Below, piece by piece: positions 20,718-30,885 of a stretch of DNA of 64,000 nucleotides. Source of the stretch: Candidatus Binatia bacterium (GTDB taxonomy: Bacteria > Desulfobacterota > Binatia > UBA9968 > CAXXLF01); NCBI GenBank assembly GCA_963664015.2, contig CAXXLF010000002.1, positions 2,016,001-2,080,000 of the forward strand. The letters run 5' to 3'. Made by a program: the position numbers and the translations under genes. The notes under the pieces were generated by a model, which was not told the DNA's origin, made no database searches, and saw nothing but the letters and a program-made list of their open reading frames with translations. Numbering within the stretch: position 1 is the first letter of the stretch; each line of letters starts with the position of its first letter.

Positions 20718-20920
20718 GATTCATATCTTAACTTCTCAGCCCTAAAATGTCTATAAAAAATCCGGATCAAGGTCTGAAGGTTGCTGAAGTCACTGCAGAG
20801 TCAGTGGATTTTGGCGTGACTTTAAATTCATCAAGTCCCGCTGGTCATGTGGGGTTGCCCCTTCGTCCATCGTCTCAACGGATCGGCCAGGTTCTCGCGT
20901 GTGCTCGTTAGCTCGGGGTC

Positions 20921-22072
20921 TCAGCGGTTTGCTTTTCGGTAGCCCAATGCGTCCTGGGCAATGATGAGTTTCTGGATGGCCGACGATCCCTCAACTATCT
21001 GGTAAGACTTGGCGTCTCTGAGATATCGTTCGACGGGGTATTCGGTCGAGTAGCCATAGGCGCCAAGGATCCTGAGGGCGGCGTCCGCGGCGTGGGCTGC
21101 CGCCTCGGCTGCGGCGTACTTGGCCATTGAGACCTCGAGATTATTGGACCTCTTCTGATCCGCCAAAGTGGCCGCTCGGTAAACCAGCATCCGGGCGGCT
21201 TCTTCGTCGATGACCATCTGGGCAATCATATCCTGCGTCATCTGAAACTGGCCGATCTTCTGACCGAACTGCTCCCTCTGGTTGGCATAACTCACGGCCG
21301 CCTCCCGGGCGGCCCGTGCGACGCCCAGGGCGCCGGCGGCGCAGTTGAGTCGTGTCTGGTTGAGCTGCGCCATGCATATCTTAAATCCTTCTCCCTCCTG
21401 GCCGAGGCGATGATCCTCGGGCACCGAAAACCCGTCAAAGGTGAGTTCCCCCGTTGGTGAGGCGTGGGCGCCGAGCTTTTCCAGTGTCCTACGGGTCACA
21501 TTCCCTTGTCCGAGGTCGACGATAAAGGCAGAAATACCACGGTGCTTTTTGGATTTGTCCGTATAGGCATAAACCAAGGCTAGATCCGCAATCGGGGCAT
21601 TGGAAATCCATGTCTTGGTTCCGCTCAGTTTGTATTGTTTCCCCTTCTTCGATGCGGTGGTGGTCATAGCGGCCACGTCGGATCCGGCGTTGGGCTCGGT
21701 AATAGCAAAGCAGCCCAGGGTCTCGCCCTGGACAAGCGAAGGTATCCATCGTCTTTTTTGCTCCTCAGACCCGAACTGGAGCAGGGCGAGGGCGGGGCCG
21801 ATCTGCATATTGATGTGGACCCGCACGGCGCTATGGACGCGGGCAATCTCTTCCGTGATGAGCACCAGCGCCATGAAGCCAAGCTCACTGCCACCGTACT
21901 TTTCCGGGATCACGCAGCCGAAAAAGCCCAGTTCCCCCATCTGGGTGACCAGTTCTCTGCGAAACCGGTGCTCCCGGTCATCCTGGGCCGTATGAGGCGC
22001 AATCTCTTTTTCGGCAAAATCGCAGGCTAGTTTCTTTACCTCTAGCTGGTCATCGGACAGGTCGAAATCCAT
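20921..22072 (-). CDS. Acyl-CoA dehydrogenase (non-decarboxylating glutaryl-CoA dehydrogenase-like)
   Basis: GCFAITEPNAGSDV, GTKTWISN, REQFG and YQIVEGSS; likely start MDFDLS at 22072. Confidence 0.9.
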   Translation of the reverse strand: MDFDLSDDQLEVKKLACDFAEKEIAPHTAQDDREHRFRRELVTQMGELGFFGCVIPEKYGGSELGFMALVLITEEIARVHSAVRVHINMQIGPALALLQFGSEEQKRRWIPSLVQGETLGCFAITEPNAGSDVAAMTTTASKKGKQYKLSGTKTWISNAPIADLALVYAYTDKSKKHRGISAFIVDLGQGNVTRRTLEKLGAHASPTGELTFDGFSVPEDHRLGQEGEGFKICMAQLNQTRLNCAAGALGVARAAREAAVSYANQREQFGQKIGQFQMTQDMIAQMVIDEEAARMLVYRAATLADQKRSNNLEVSMAKYAAAEAAAHAADAALRILGAYGYSTEYPVERYLRDAKSYQIVEGSSAIQKLIIAQDALGYRKANR

Positions 22073-22089
22073 GGAATCCTCCAATGTTA

Positions 22090-22217
22090 GCGAATAGGTA
22101 ATGGCAAATAGCAAATAGTTGATCGAATTCGCACCCCACCCAGTATGAGATTTATTTGTTGTTTAATTTTTGAAGCGGGGGAGTGTCCTATTCGCCAATT
22201 GCTATTCACTATTTGCT
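22090..22217. repeat. 7-mer-periodic inverted repeat element
   Basis: GCGAATAG...GCAAATAGCAAATAG / CTATTCGCC...CTATTCACTATTTGCT; the right arm recurs at 30862-30877. Confidence 0.7.
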
Positions 22218-23357
22218 CTTTCCCAAAAGCGTTCTCGCGATGATGATCTTTTGAATCTCTGAGGTCCCTTCATAGATTCGCAAGGCGCGCACATCACGAT
22301 AGAGCTGCTCTACGGGGGTCCCTGACACCAGGCCTCTACCGCCGTGGATCTGCAGCGCCTGGTCGACGATTCTCTGTGCAGCCTCAGTGGCAAAGAGCTT
22401 GGCCATAGAGGCCCGCTGGGTAATATCCCCTTCCCCCTGGTCCTTACTCCAGGCGGCCCAATTGACAATCAGGCGTGATGCTTCCAGCTCGGTAACCATG
22501 TCAGCGAGTTTGAATTGTATCCCCTGGAATCGGGACAGAGACTGGCCAAACTGGCGCCGACTTAAACTGAAGCGGATCGCTTCCTCCATGGCCCTTTGGG
22601 CCAGTCCTACGGCCGCGGCACCCACGGTGCATCGGAGAGTGTTCAGCGTAGTGAGAGCGATCCTGAAGCCTTCCCCTTCGCCCGCAAGCAGCTGTTTCTC
22701 TGAAACCCTGCAGTCCTCAAGGGCAATGGTTCCGATGGGGTGGGGAGATATCAAGGAGAGACGCTCCTTGAAGACGAGGCCCGGGGTATCGGCTTCGACC
22801 ACGAAGACGCTGATCTGTTTTTTTCTGTTCCTCGGAGCAGTCACGGCAAAAATCACATAGGTCTGGGCCAGACCCGCATTCGAGACCAGATGCTTGACGC
22901 CGTTTAGAATGTATTCCTTGCCGCGCCGTACGGCCCGGGTGGCTATGGATGAAATGTCCGATCCAGCCTCGGGCTCCGTGAGTGCAAAGGCCGCGATGGA
23001 CTTGCCCTGAGCCAGGGGGGGAATGTAGAGGTTCTTCTGCTGTTTGTTACCCGAAAAAATAATAGGGTAGCTTCCCAGGGCCTGAACGGCGAACATGACA
23101 TCGGCCAGGGAAGAGCCCCGTGCCAACTCCTCACGCAGGATGCAAAGATCACGGGCCTGAACGGTGTCCCGAACTCCGCCGTATGCCTTGGGAGCTATAT
23201 AGGCAAGGAGTCCGGCGTGACCCAGTTGCTCGACCAATGCCCGCGCTTCGTCTTCCAGGGCAAGTTTCTTGGGACTGCCCGAAAGTAGGTTCTCCTCTAC
23301 CCAGGCGCGGGCTTCAGCCCGGAGTTGGAGGTGGCTTGCTTCGAAAAAGGGATCCAT
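22209..23357 (-). CDS. Acyl-CoA dehydrogenase
   Basis: AAFALTEPEAGSD, RRQFG, MAKLFATE and RALRIYEGTSEIQ. Confidence 0.92.
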   Translation of the reverse strand: MDPFFEASHLQLRAEARAWVEENLLSGSPKKLALEDEARALVEQLGHAGLLAYIAPKAYGGVRDTVQARDLCILREELARGSSLADVMFAVQALGSYPIIFSGNKQQKNLYIPPLAQGKSIAAFALTEPEAGSDISSIATRAVRRGKEYILNGVKHLVSNAGLAQTYVIFAVTAPRNRKKQISVFVVEADTPGLVFKERLSLISPHPIGTIALEDCRVSEKQLLAGEGEGFRIALTTLNTLRCTVGAAAVGLAQRAMEEAIRFSLSRRQFGQSLSRFQGIQFKLADMVTELEASRLIVNWAAWSKDQGEGDITQRASMAKLFATEAAQRIVDQALQIHGGRGLVSGTPVEQLYRDVRALRIYEGTSEIQKIIIARTLLGKSK

Positions 23358-23409
23358 AATGTTGATCTGGCGGATTAATTGCTAATCAAAAAAGTTTAAA
23401 AACCTTCCG

Positions 23410-23562
23410 TACAATCTCGTATTGGATTACGATTTTTGGATTTGAGTATTTCCGTTTGTTTGAGATTCCGAGCTTTGGAATTCGGATTTTAATTTGGAGG
23501 CGTCTTGTCGCGAAAACTTTTGTTGAAATCGTATGGTTAAACATTTTATCGGTAAAAATCTA
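23410..23562 (+). repeat. Dispersed composite repeat, copy B (7-mer arm plus ~60-bp module)
   Basis: Aligns with 43345-43470 over about 100 bp. Confidence 0.7.
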
Positions 23563-24372
23563 TCGATTAAATCGGGGCTCTCTTTTTTCCATGAAGGCCA
23601 GGTAACCTTCTTTAAAGTCCGGTGTTTGCATACATCGGGCCTGGGACGTCGCTTCCAGTTCCAACGCTGCCGCCAGGTCCAGATCGGCTTCTCGTCTGAG
23701 CAGTTCCTTGGTTACCCCCGTGGCGTATCGAGGACCGTCCCTAAGACGGCACGCCAGCTCGAAGGTTTCCTCGAGGAGCTTCTCATGGGATACGACCCGG
23801 TTGGCGAGACCGATGCGGTGGGCCTCCTGGGCATCGATAGTGTCACCCAGGAGCAACAGTTCCGCTGCCCTTCCCTGGCCGACAATCCTGGGAAGGAGGT
23901 AGAGGGCTCCCATGTCCGATCCCGCCAGACCCATCTTGACGAAGAGAAAGGCAAAACCGGCCCTGTCCGACAGGATACGCATATCGCAACCCAGCGCGAC
24001 CATGGCCCCGCCACCCGCAGCGATTCCGTTCACGGCACCCAGGATCGGTTTGTTCAGATTACGCATGTTTTGAATCAGATCGCAGCTTAGCCTGGTAAAG
24101 CGATAGTGGGCATCGGCGTCTCGACTCAACAGCTCACCGATAATTCCCTGAACATCGCCGCCGGAGCAAAAGCCCTTGCCCGTGCCGGTTATGACAACGA
24201 CCTGGACCCCATCGTCATGAGCCATCTCGCTTGTCAGCCGGGTCAGGTCTTCATAGGTCTTGAAGGTCAACGCGTTGAGCCTTTCCGGGTAGTTGAGGCG
24301 AACCGTGGCAATCCCTTCGGCCGCCTCATAGACGAAATCAAAATCGGTCATGGGGTCTTTCCTTTCACTCAT
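23560..24372 (-). CDS. Enoyl-CoA hydratase/isomerase family protein
   Basis: LNYPERLNALTF, GFCSGGDV, AVNGIAAGGG and LPRIVGQGRA. Confidence 0.92.
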   Translation of the reverse strand: MSERKDPMTDFDFVYEAAEGIATVRLNYPERLNALTFKTYEDLTRLTSEMAHDDGVQVVVITGTGKGFCSGGDVQGIIGELLSRDADAHYRFTRLSCDLIQNMRNLNKPILGAVNGIAAGGGAMVALGCDMRILSDRAGFAFLFVKMGLAGSDMGALYLLPRIVGQGRAAELLLLGDTIDAQEAHRIGLANRVVSHEKLLEETFELACRLRDGPRYATGVTKELLRREADLDLAAALELEATSQARCMQTPDFKEGYLAFMEKREPRFNR

Positions 24373-24521
24373 TCGTTAACTGCCCTCGGCCTGCAATCTA
24401 GCTTCAAGGGCCCTTTACTGGGCCTGACATACGCAACGGCAGCTCACTGATGGGCCAAGGCCAAGGCGATGGATTCGCCGACTCCCAGGCTTTCCCCCGT
24501 TACCAGCGAAGTCTTGCGCAT
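24369..24521 (-). pseudogene. SDR oxidoreductase N-terminal remnant
   Basis: Translates as MRKTSLVTGESLGVGESIALALAHQ*AAVAYVR: a degenerate TGxxxGxG Rossmann start with an internal stop; its end overlaps the ATG of the hydratase. Confidence 0.6.
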
Positions 24522-24954
24522 TCTTACCCAGTCTTGCCTTTAAGGCTATTCACAGCCTAAACCTAACAACGACGGAACCTTCAATCGTCCTATATATACG
24601 GACCAGTCTATCTACGGGTAGCCAGGATACTATATGTATATTAGGAGAGTTTGGTCACACAAGCCCCGCGTGACTCGTCTTGCCCGAATCGGCTACCGTA
24701 ACAGCGCTAGGTTCCATCCTTTCGCTTTTGCTTTAACCGATGGAAAGCAATATACTCCGGACAATTTTTTTCACTTCGACTCATTTCCTGTGTTCGGTAC
24801 GGGATTGGGTTGATTGATAGTATGTTGCTCATCGTCGACCCTGAACGAGCCACACCCCGGCTTCGGCAACCCGCGACGAGCCCAGGTCGAGTCGCTCAGG
24901 CGAACCGTAGGCTAAGTATTGAATCGACTAACCAAATAGGTAGGGGAGAAAACC

Positions 24955-26361
24955 ATGATCTATTGGCACAAGCAAAACCATGCCACTGTCGTGACCTTGG
25001 CCCTGGTCCTTTTCTTGTTTCCCATGCAGGGGCGGTCCCAAGAACAGTCTGCAGCGCCCACTGCCCCGGCTCAAGGCAGCGCGGCCGAGGCGAATGGGCC
25101 CAAGGTGCTTACCCTTGGGGATGCCGTGGTGATTGCCCTGACGAACCAGCCCGCCATCAGGAGGGCCCAGGAACGGGTCAAGGCCCAGGGTTCAGTCCTG
25201 GGGCAGGCCAAGTCCGCGTATTATCCAACGATCTCATTAAACAGTTCCTATCGGAGCACGACTCAGTCCGGCACTACTAGTACTTCCCAAAGCGCCTTCG
25301 ACAGTGTCACGAGCGCGACCAATCTGAATTGGACCGTTTATGACTTTGGCAAGCGTGAAGGCAGCGTTCAGAAACAGAAGGACACCCTCGTGGCCCGCCA
25401 ATTTGCCGAACAGACCACCGTTGAAGAGGTCGTACTCAACGTCAAGACGGCCTATTACAGGTACCTTCAGGGAAAGGTACTGGTCCGGGTCAGGGAGGAT
25501 ACGGTCAAGCACCGTGAGGCCCTGGTGCGCCAGGCCAGGGGATTTTTTGAGGTGGGGACGAGGCCAAGGATCGACGTGGCCCGAGCGGAGACCAACCTCT
25601 TTGCTGCCCAGGCCGACCTGATCGAGGCGCAAAACAGTATGAGGATCGCTTGGGCAGAGCTAAGAAACACTATGGGATTGCAGAACTTTTCCGTGCGGCC
25701 CCTGGCCGAGGAGGCGCTACTGAACAAACCCATCGAAACCCTGGCTAGAGAACTCGCCATACGTAAGCCGGTCTTCTCCCTCAAGGACGCGCGCGAAACC
25801 GCGTACTCCCTGCGTCCCGAACTCAAGGACTTCGACGCCCAGCGCAAGGCCCAGGATTCGGCCATTGCCACGGCCCGCAGAGGTCACCTTCCCGATATTC
25901 TCTTTAATTCTTCCTATGGGAGACGAGGGAATAGCAGAGGGAGCAACGATACCTTCCCGATGGATGTCAACTGGGCGGTGGGCTTCAACGTGAACGTGCC
26001 CATCTTCAATGGCTTCGAAACGAGCTATCAGGTAAAAGAAGCCATGGGAAACTATGGTGAAATCAAGGCCCTTGAGGACCAGACGCGGCAACAAATTGCG
26101 TTGGATGTAGAGCGGAGTTATCTTAACCTTATTGGGGCCGGGGAACGGATCAAGGCCACCGAGTCGGCCGTGCGCTCGGCCAAGGAAAACCTCGATCTCT
26201 CTAACGGACGTTATCGTGTTGGGGTGGGCTCCATCATCGAGATCACCGAGGCTCAGGTTATCAACACGCAAGCCCAGACCAATCACATCCAGGCCATTAC
26301 CGATCACAAGATATTCGAGGCTGATCTTGCCAAGGCTATGGGGCAGGGAGTCGCCCGTTGA
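24955..26361 (+). CDS. TolC family outer-membrane efflux protein
   Basis: Signal peptide, YYPTISL, DFGKR and RYRVGVGSIIEITEAQ; first gene of the RND operon. Confidence 0.92.
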   Translation: MIYWHKQNHATVVTLALVLFLFPMQGRSQEQSAAPTAPAQGSAAEANGPKVLTLGDAVVIALTNQPAIRRAQERVKAQGSVLGQAKSAYYPTISLNSSYRSTTQSGTTSTSQSAFDSVTSATNLNWTVYDFGKREGSVQKQKDTLVARQFAEQTTVEEVVLNVKTAYYRYLQGKVLVRVREDTVKHREALVRQARGFFEVGTRPRIDVARAETNLFAAQADLIEAQNSMRIAWAELRNTMGLQNFSVRPLAEEALLNKPIETLARELAIRKPVFSLKDARETAYSLRPELKDFDAQRKAQDSAIATARRGHLPDILFNSSYGRRGNSRGSNDTFPMDVNWAVGFNVNVPIFNGFETSYQVKEAMGNYGEIKALEDQTRQQIALDVERSYLNLIGAGERIKATESAVRSAKENLDLSNGRYRVGVGSIIEITEAQVINTQAQTNHIQAITDHKIFEADLAKAMGQGVAR

Positions 26362-27611
26362 AGAAGCTTTCCGTTGTAATCATCTTCGTGTTCATTGTCG
26401 GAGGCGTACTCTACGGTCTGGGGATCGGGCCCTTTAACGAAGGTGCCGCCACCGGACAGCAGCAGAAGAAATTGCGCAAGGGCGGCCGCAGGGCCGTAAG
26501 CGTCCGAGTGGCCGAGGTCAAGGTCGGTGACGTGGAGGAGAGGTTGAACTATGTGGGCAGTCTTGAAGCCAAGGCATCGGTTACGGTTGCGGCTAAGATT
26601 GCCGGACGAGCCGAGAGGCTTTTCGTAGACGTCGGTGATCGGGTCAAGGAAGGACAGCCCCTCGTCACACTGGAAAAGGATGAGCTTACCGAGGAGGTCA
26701 ACGAGGCCCGCGCTTCGCTAAACGTTGTCGAAGCGACCTTGAAGGGAAAAGAGGCGGAACTCAAAGACCTTATGCGGAAGCTGGACCGTTCCAAGGTACT
26801 GATCGAAAAGAACTTGATATCCCGTGAACAGGTCGACACACTGGAGACTCAGGTCCTATCCGCCAACGCGCAGGTTGAACTCACCCAGGCTCAGAAGGCA
26901 CAGATGAAGGCTAGGCTCGACAATGTCCGTCTCCACCTAAAATCGACGCGGGTGCTCTCTCCATTTGCCGGATACGTGGGCAGGCGCTTCATCGATCGGG
27001 GCGCCATGGTCAATTCCAATACACCTCTGGTCACAATCGTAGATATCAGCAGAGTCAAGGTGAGGATCGCAGTCGTCGAAGGCGACTATCGCAAGGTTTC
27101 CCCTGGGCAGGTGGCGAGAATCACGGCGGATGCCTATCCGGGCAGACGTTTTGAAGGGAGGGTGGTACGGATGGCCCCCGTCCTCGATCTGGAGACCCGT
27201 ACGGGCCAGGTGGAGATCGAGCTCCCCAACCCGGGGGGGGACCTGAAACCGGGGATGTTTGCTAGGGCCGAGATTGTTGCCGAACGGCGTCGTGGCGTCC
27301 TGCTGGTCCCCAAGGGGGCTCAGGTCAAGATGCCTGAGGGCTACGGGGTATTTAAGGTCCTAGAGGATAGTTCCAAGGTCCGGTTGGTGCCGATCAAACC
27401 TGGGTTGAGCCAGGGTGGATGGGTTGAGGTAGAGGGAGCGCTGCAAACGGGAGAACGGATTGTAACCGTGGGGAGCAACCTCCTTAGTGACGGCCAGAGC
27501 GTGACAATCATTGATGGGGATAGTGGGAGAGGCGCCACGGAGAACAAGATGAAAAAGAAGGGCAAAAAGGGTCGCAAGGGGACGCAGAAGAAAGAGGAAG
27601 GACAAACATGA
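26358..27611 (+). CDS. RND efflux periplasmic adaptor subunit
   Basis: VDVGDRVKEGQPL, SPFAGYV and LKPGMFARA. Confidence 0.93.
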   Translation: MKKLSVVIIFVFIVGGVLYGLGIGPFNEGAATGQQQKKLRKGGRRAVSVRVAEVKVGDVEERLNYVGSLEAKASVTVAAKIAGRAERLFVDVGDRVKEGQPLVTLEKDELTEEVNEARASLNVVEATLKGKEAELKDLMRKLDRSKVLIEKNLISREQVDTLETQVLSANAQVELTQAQKAQMKARLDNVRLHLKSTRVLSPFAGYVGRRFIDRGAMVNSNTPLVTIVDISRVKVRIAVVEGDYRKVSPGQVARITADAYPGRRFEGRVVRMAPVLDLETRTGQVEIELPNPGGDLKPGMFARAEIVAERRRGVLLVPKGAQVKMPEGYGVFKVLEDSSKVRLVPIKPGLSQGGWVEVEGALQTGERIVTVGSNLLSDGQSVTIIDGDSGRGATENKMKKKGKKGRKGTQKKEEGQT

Positions 27612-30600
27612 GCTTAACAGCCGTATCGGTGCGCAGGCCGGTCGCAACCTATATGGTGGTTTTGATCATCCTGATCCTGGGGGTCATCTCCTTTCTCAAG
27701 ATACCCGTCGATCTCATGCCCGAAGTGACCTTCCCCCGGGTAACCATCAATACACGATACGAGAACGTGGGCCCTCAAGAGGTGGAAACGCTCATTACCG
27801 TGCCCATTGAAAAGGCCGTGAGTTCCGTTTCCGGGGTGGAGGATGTGACGTCGGTCTCAGTCGAAGGGCGCAGCCAGGTACGGGTCGGCTTCGGTTGGGA
27901 GACGGACCTGGACGAAGCGGTAAGCGACGTCCGTGAAAAACTCGATCGATTGAGAGACAACCTGCCGCGGGATGCCGACGCGCCGGTCATCTCGAAATTC
28001 GACGCCAATTCCTCCCCCATCATGTTCATTGGCATATCGGGGGATATGCCCCCTGTGGCCCTGCGCCAGTTTGTGGAAAAAGATATCCAGTACCGGCTCG
28101 AGCGCCTGCGTGGCGTAGCCTCTGCCGATATCCGTGGCGGGCTCGAGCGTGAAATCCACGTTGACCTCTCCCGCCATAAATTGAAGGCACTCAAGCTTTC
28201 ACCGGCCGACATCATCCGCGCCTTGAGGGCGGGAAACGTCACCCTCCCTGCCGGCAATGTCGACCGTGCCCACCTGGAGGTGGCCGTTCGCACTTTGGGG
28301 GAGTTCACCAACCTCGATCAGGTACGTAAAACGGTCCTCGTATACAGAGGCGGTATCCCGGTCCGTCTGGAGGAAGTGGCAACCGTCGAGGACTCCTTTA
28401 AGGAGATCGATCATGTGGTGAAGATCAACGGTAAGAGCGCCGTGATGATGTCCCTCTTACGCCAACCGCTGGCCAACACCGTAGATGTGGTCGAACGTGC
28501 CAAGGCAGAGATCCGCAGCATCAACCGGGACTTCCCTGAGGTTACTGTGACGGCCCTTAGAGATAACGCTCGCTATATCAGGGACGCCATCTCCAACGTC
28601 AGGATCGCCGCCCTGTGGGGCGCTGTTTTGGCCATCGTTATCCTGCTCTTTTTCTTGCGCAACCTGCGCAGTACGTTCATCATCGCCACGGCCGTCCCGG
28701 TTTCTGTTATTGCCACATTTTCCCTGATGTATTTTCAGGGCTTTTCCATCAACATCATGTCCTTCGGCGGCCTGGCACTTGGCATCGGTCTGCTCGTGGA
28801 CAACTCCATCGTCGTCCTGGAAAACATCTTTCGTCACAGGGAAAATGGAGCGGAGAGAACGGATGCTGTCCTGAAGGGAACCTGGGAAGTTGCCGGGGCG
28901 ATTACTGCCTCCACGCTGACCACGCTGGTGGTTTTCCTACCCCTTCTCTTTGTCCCGGGGTCGGCGGGCATTATCTTCAAGCAACTTGCCTGGGTCGTCT
29001 TTTTCTCGCTGGCCGCTTCGTTGCTGGTCGCCCTGACCCTGGTGCCGGTCCTGGCCTACCAGCTCTTGAGCCAGGTTCACAAGACCACAGGGCGCGGTTT
29101 TCTGGGTAGATTCTTTGCCCTGGGAGAACGCTCCCTCACCTATATGGACGATCGTTATCAGGCTTTGCTTATTTGGTCCCTGAGTCATCGTATTCGTGTT
29201 CTTGTCTCGGTCTTTGCCCTGCTGGCAGGGAGCTTGACACTGGTGCCTAAAATAGGCCGGGAGTTTATGCCCAAGGTCGACGAGGGTGCCATTACTATCT
29301 ATGCCAATATGGAGGAAGGGGCCAGGATCGAGGAGATGGAGGTTTCCTCTTCGACCTTCGAGTCTGTGGTTCGATCGGAGGTACCGGAGACAGAGAACGT
29401 CTTTAGCCACTTCGGCCAGTTCGGCTTTCGGGCGCGCGGCAAGAACCAGGGACATGTTCATATCTGGCTCGCTCCGAGAAGCGCGCGGAAGCGTTCCGAT
29501 GAGGAGATAGCCCTAGTGCTCAGACGCGAGGCGCGGGCGGTCCCTGGAGTCATGACCCGGGTGCGCACACGATCTGGGCTGTATATTTTTCGCCGTTTGG
29601 GCCTGTCCGACAACGACAACCTGGAGGTAAATATTCGCGGCCACGACCTGGGGGCGGCTCAACTCCTTGCCGGCCAGATCAAGGCCCGTATGGAGCGGGT
29701 AAGCGGCATCGTCGGTGTGCGGGTCAACCGGCAGGGCGGGCAGCCGGAGATGGGACTTCACATTGACCGGGATAAGGCCGCCAACCTGGGAATCTCCGTG
29801 GCGACTCTTGCCCAGGCCGTGCAGTCGAGTATTGGCGGTACCCGGGCCACGCTGTACAGGGAAGGCGGGGATGAATATGACATTGTCGTGCGCCTGGCCG
29901 AACGCGATCGGCGCACTCTCGAAGGACTGCCGGATCTGGTGATCCCGACGAGGTCGGGCCGCGGGGTGCCGCTCAGGAGCCTGGTCCGCCTGGAAGAGCG
30001 ACGCGGTCCCATGGAGGTCCATCGGATGAACCAGGAGAGGGTCGTGAGTATTACGGGAGAGGTCTCGGGTCGCGACATGGGAGTGGTGATGGAGGAGCTC
30101 AGGGAGGGTATAAGGGGACTCGAACTGCCGCCCGGGTTCTCGCTTACCCTGGGAGGGGACTTCCTGGAGCAGCAGGAGGCTTTCCGGGAGCTGCGCTGGG
30201 GACTGCTGCTGGCGCTGGTACTGGTCTACATGGTCATGGCGGCGTTGTTTGAGAAGTTTCTTGACCCCCTCGTGATCATGTTTGCCGTTCCCTTTGCGGT
30301 CATCGGAATTATTCTTATTCTGCTCTTCACCGGCACGACGCTCAACGTCAACTCCTTCATCGGCATCATCATGCTCACGGGGATCGTGGTGAACAACGCC
30401 ATCGTTCTGGTTGATTACATCAATCTCAAGATTCGTGAAGAGGGGTTGGCGGTGAGGGAGGCGATCATCCTGGGTGGGAGGACTCGTCTGCGGCCCATTC
30501 TCATGACCACCCTCACCACTATGCTGGCGATGGTCCCGCTGGCCATCGGTCTGGGTGATGGGGGTGAGGTCCAGGCACCACTGGCCCGGGTGGTCATCGG

Positions 30601-30742
30601 TGGCCTTGCGACCTCAAGCTTAATTACCCTGATCCTAATCCCAGTACTCTTCTGCACGGTCAAGGAGCGACAACATGCTGGAGCCAAGCAGGGGGTACTG
30701 GATCGTATGGGTTTAGCTAATAGCCGTTTGTCGAGGAAATAG
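27608..30742 (+). CDS. RND efflux permease subunit (AcrB/SwrC-like)
   Basis: 1044 aa; IGLLVDNSIVVLENIFR, GIVVNNAIVLVD and RLRPILMTT. Confidence 0.95.
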   Translation: MSLTAVSVRRPVATYMVVLIILILGVISFLKIPVDLMPEVTFPRVTINTRYENVGPQEVETLITVPIEKAVSSVSGVEDVTSVSVEGRSQVRVGFGWETDLDEAVSDVREKLDRLRDNLPRDADAPVISKFDANSSPIMFIGISGDMPPVALRQFVEKDIQYRLERLRGVASADIRGGLEREIHVDLSRHKLKALKLSPADIIRALRAGNVTLPAGNVDRAHLEVAVRTLGEFTNLDQVRKTVLVYRGGIPVRLEEVATVEDSFKEIDHVVKINGKSAVMMSLLRQPLANTVDVVERAKAEIRSINRDFPEVTVTALRDNARYIRDAISNVRIAALWGAVLAIVILLFFLRNLRSTFIIATAVPVSVIATFSLMYFQGFSINIMSFGGLALGIGLLVDNSIVVLENIFRHRENGAERTDAVLKGTWEVAGAITASTLTTLVVFLPLLFVPGSAGIIFKQLAWVVFFSLAASLLVALTLVPVLAYQLLSQVHKTTGRGFLGRFFALGERSLTYMDDRYQALLIWSLSHRIRVLVSVFALLAGSLTLVPKIGREFMPKVDEGAITIYANMEEGARIEEMEVSSSTFESVVRSEVPETENVFSHFGQFGFRARGKNQGHVHIWLAPRSARKRSDEEIALVLRREARAVPGVMTRVRTRSGLYIFRRLGLSDNDNLEVNIRGHDLGAAQLLAGQIKARMERVSGIVGVRVNRQGGQPEMGLHIDRDKAANLGISVATLAQAVQSSIGGTRATLYREGGDEYDIVVRLAERDRRTLEGLPDLVIPTRSGRGVPLRSLVRLEERRGPMEVHRMNQERVVSITGEVSGRDMGVVMEELREGIRGLELPPGFSLTLGGDFLEQQEAFRELRWGLLLALVLVYMVMAALFEKFLDPLVIMFAVPFAVIGIILILLFTGTTLNVNSFIGIIMLTGIVVNNAIVLVDYINLKIREEGLAVREAIILGGRTRLRPILMTTLTTMLAMVPLAIGLGDGGEVQAPLARVVIGGLATSSLITLILIPVLFCTVKERQHAGAKQGVLDRMGLANSRLSRK

Positions 30743-30885
30743 CCTTCGGCTAATAGTGAATGGTCAATAGTTATTGGTCAACAGGCAAGAAGGCGTTGGC
30801 GAATGGCAAGTGGAAAATACGGCGATCAGAACTAGGAAGTATCCGTGGAATCGCGGGGGGTCTATTCACTATTTGCTAGCATCTA

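Noticed and set aside
20750-20920. c-di-AMP or c-di-GMP riboswitch upstream of the M23 peptidase
   Set aside because: I could not match the conserved core motifs of either class by eye; an Rfam scan is needed.
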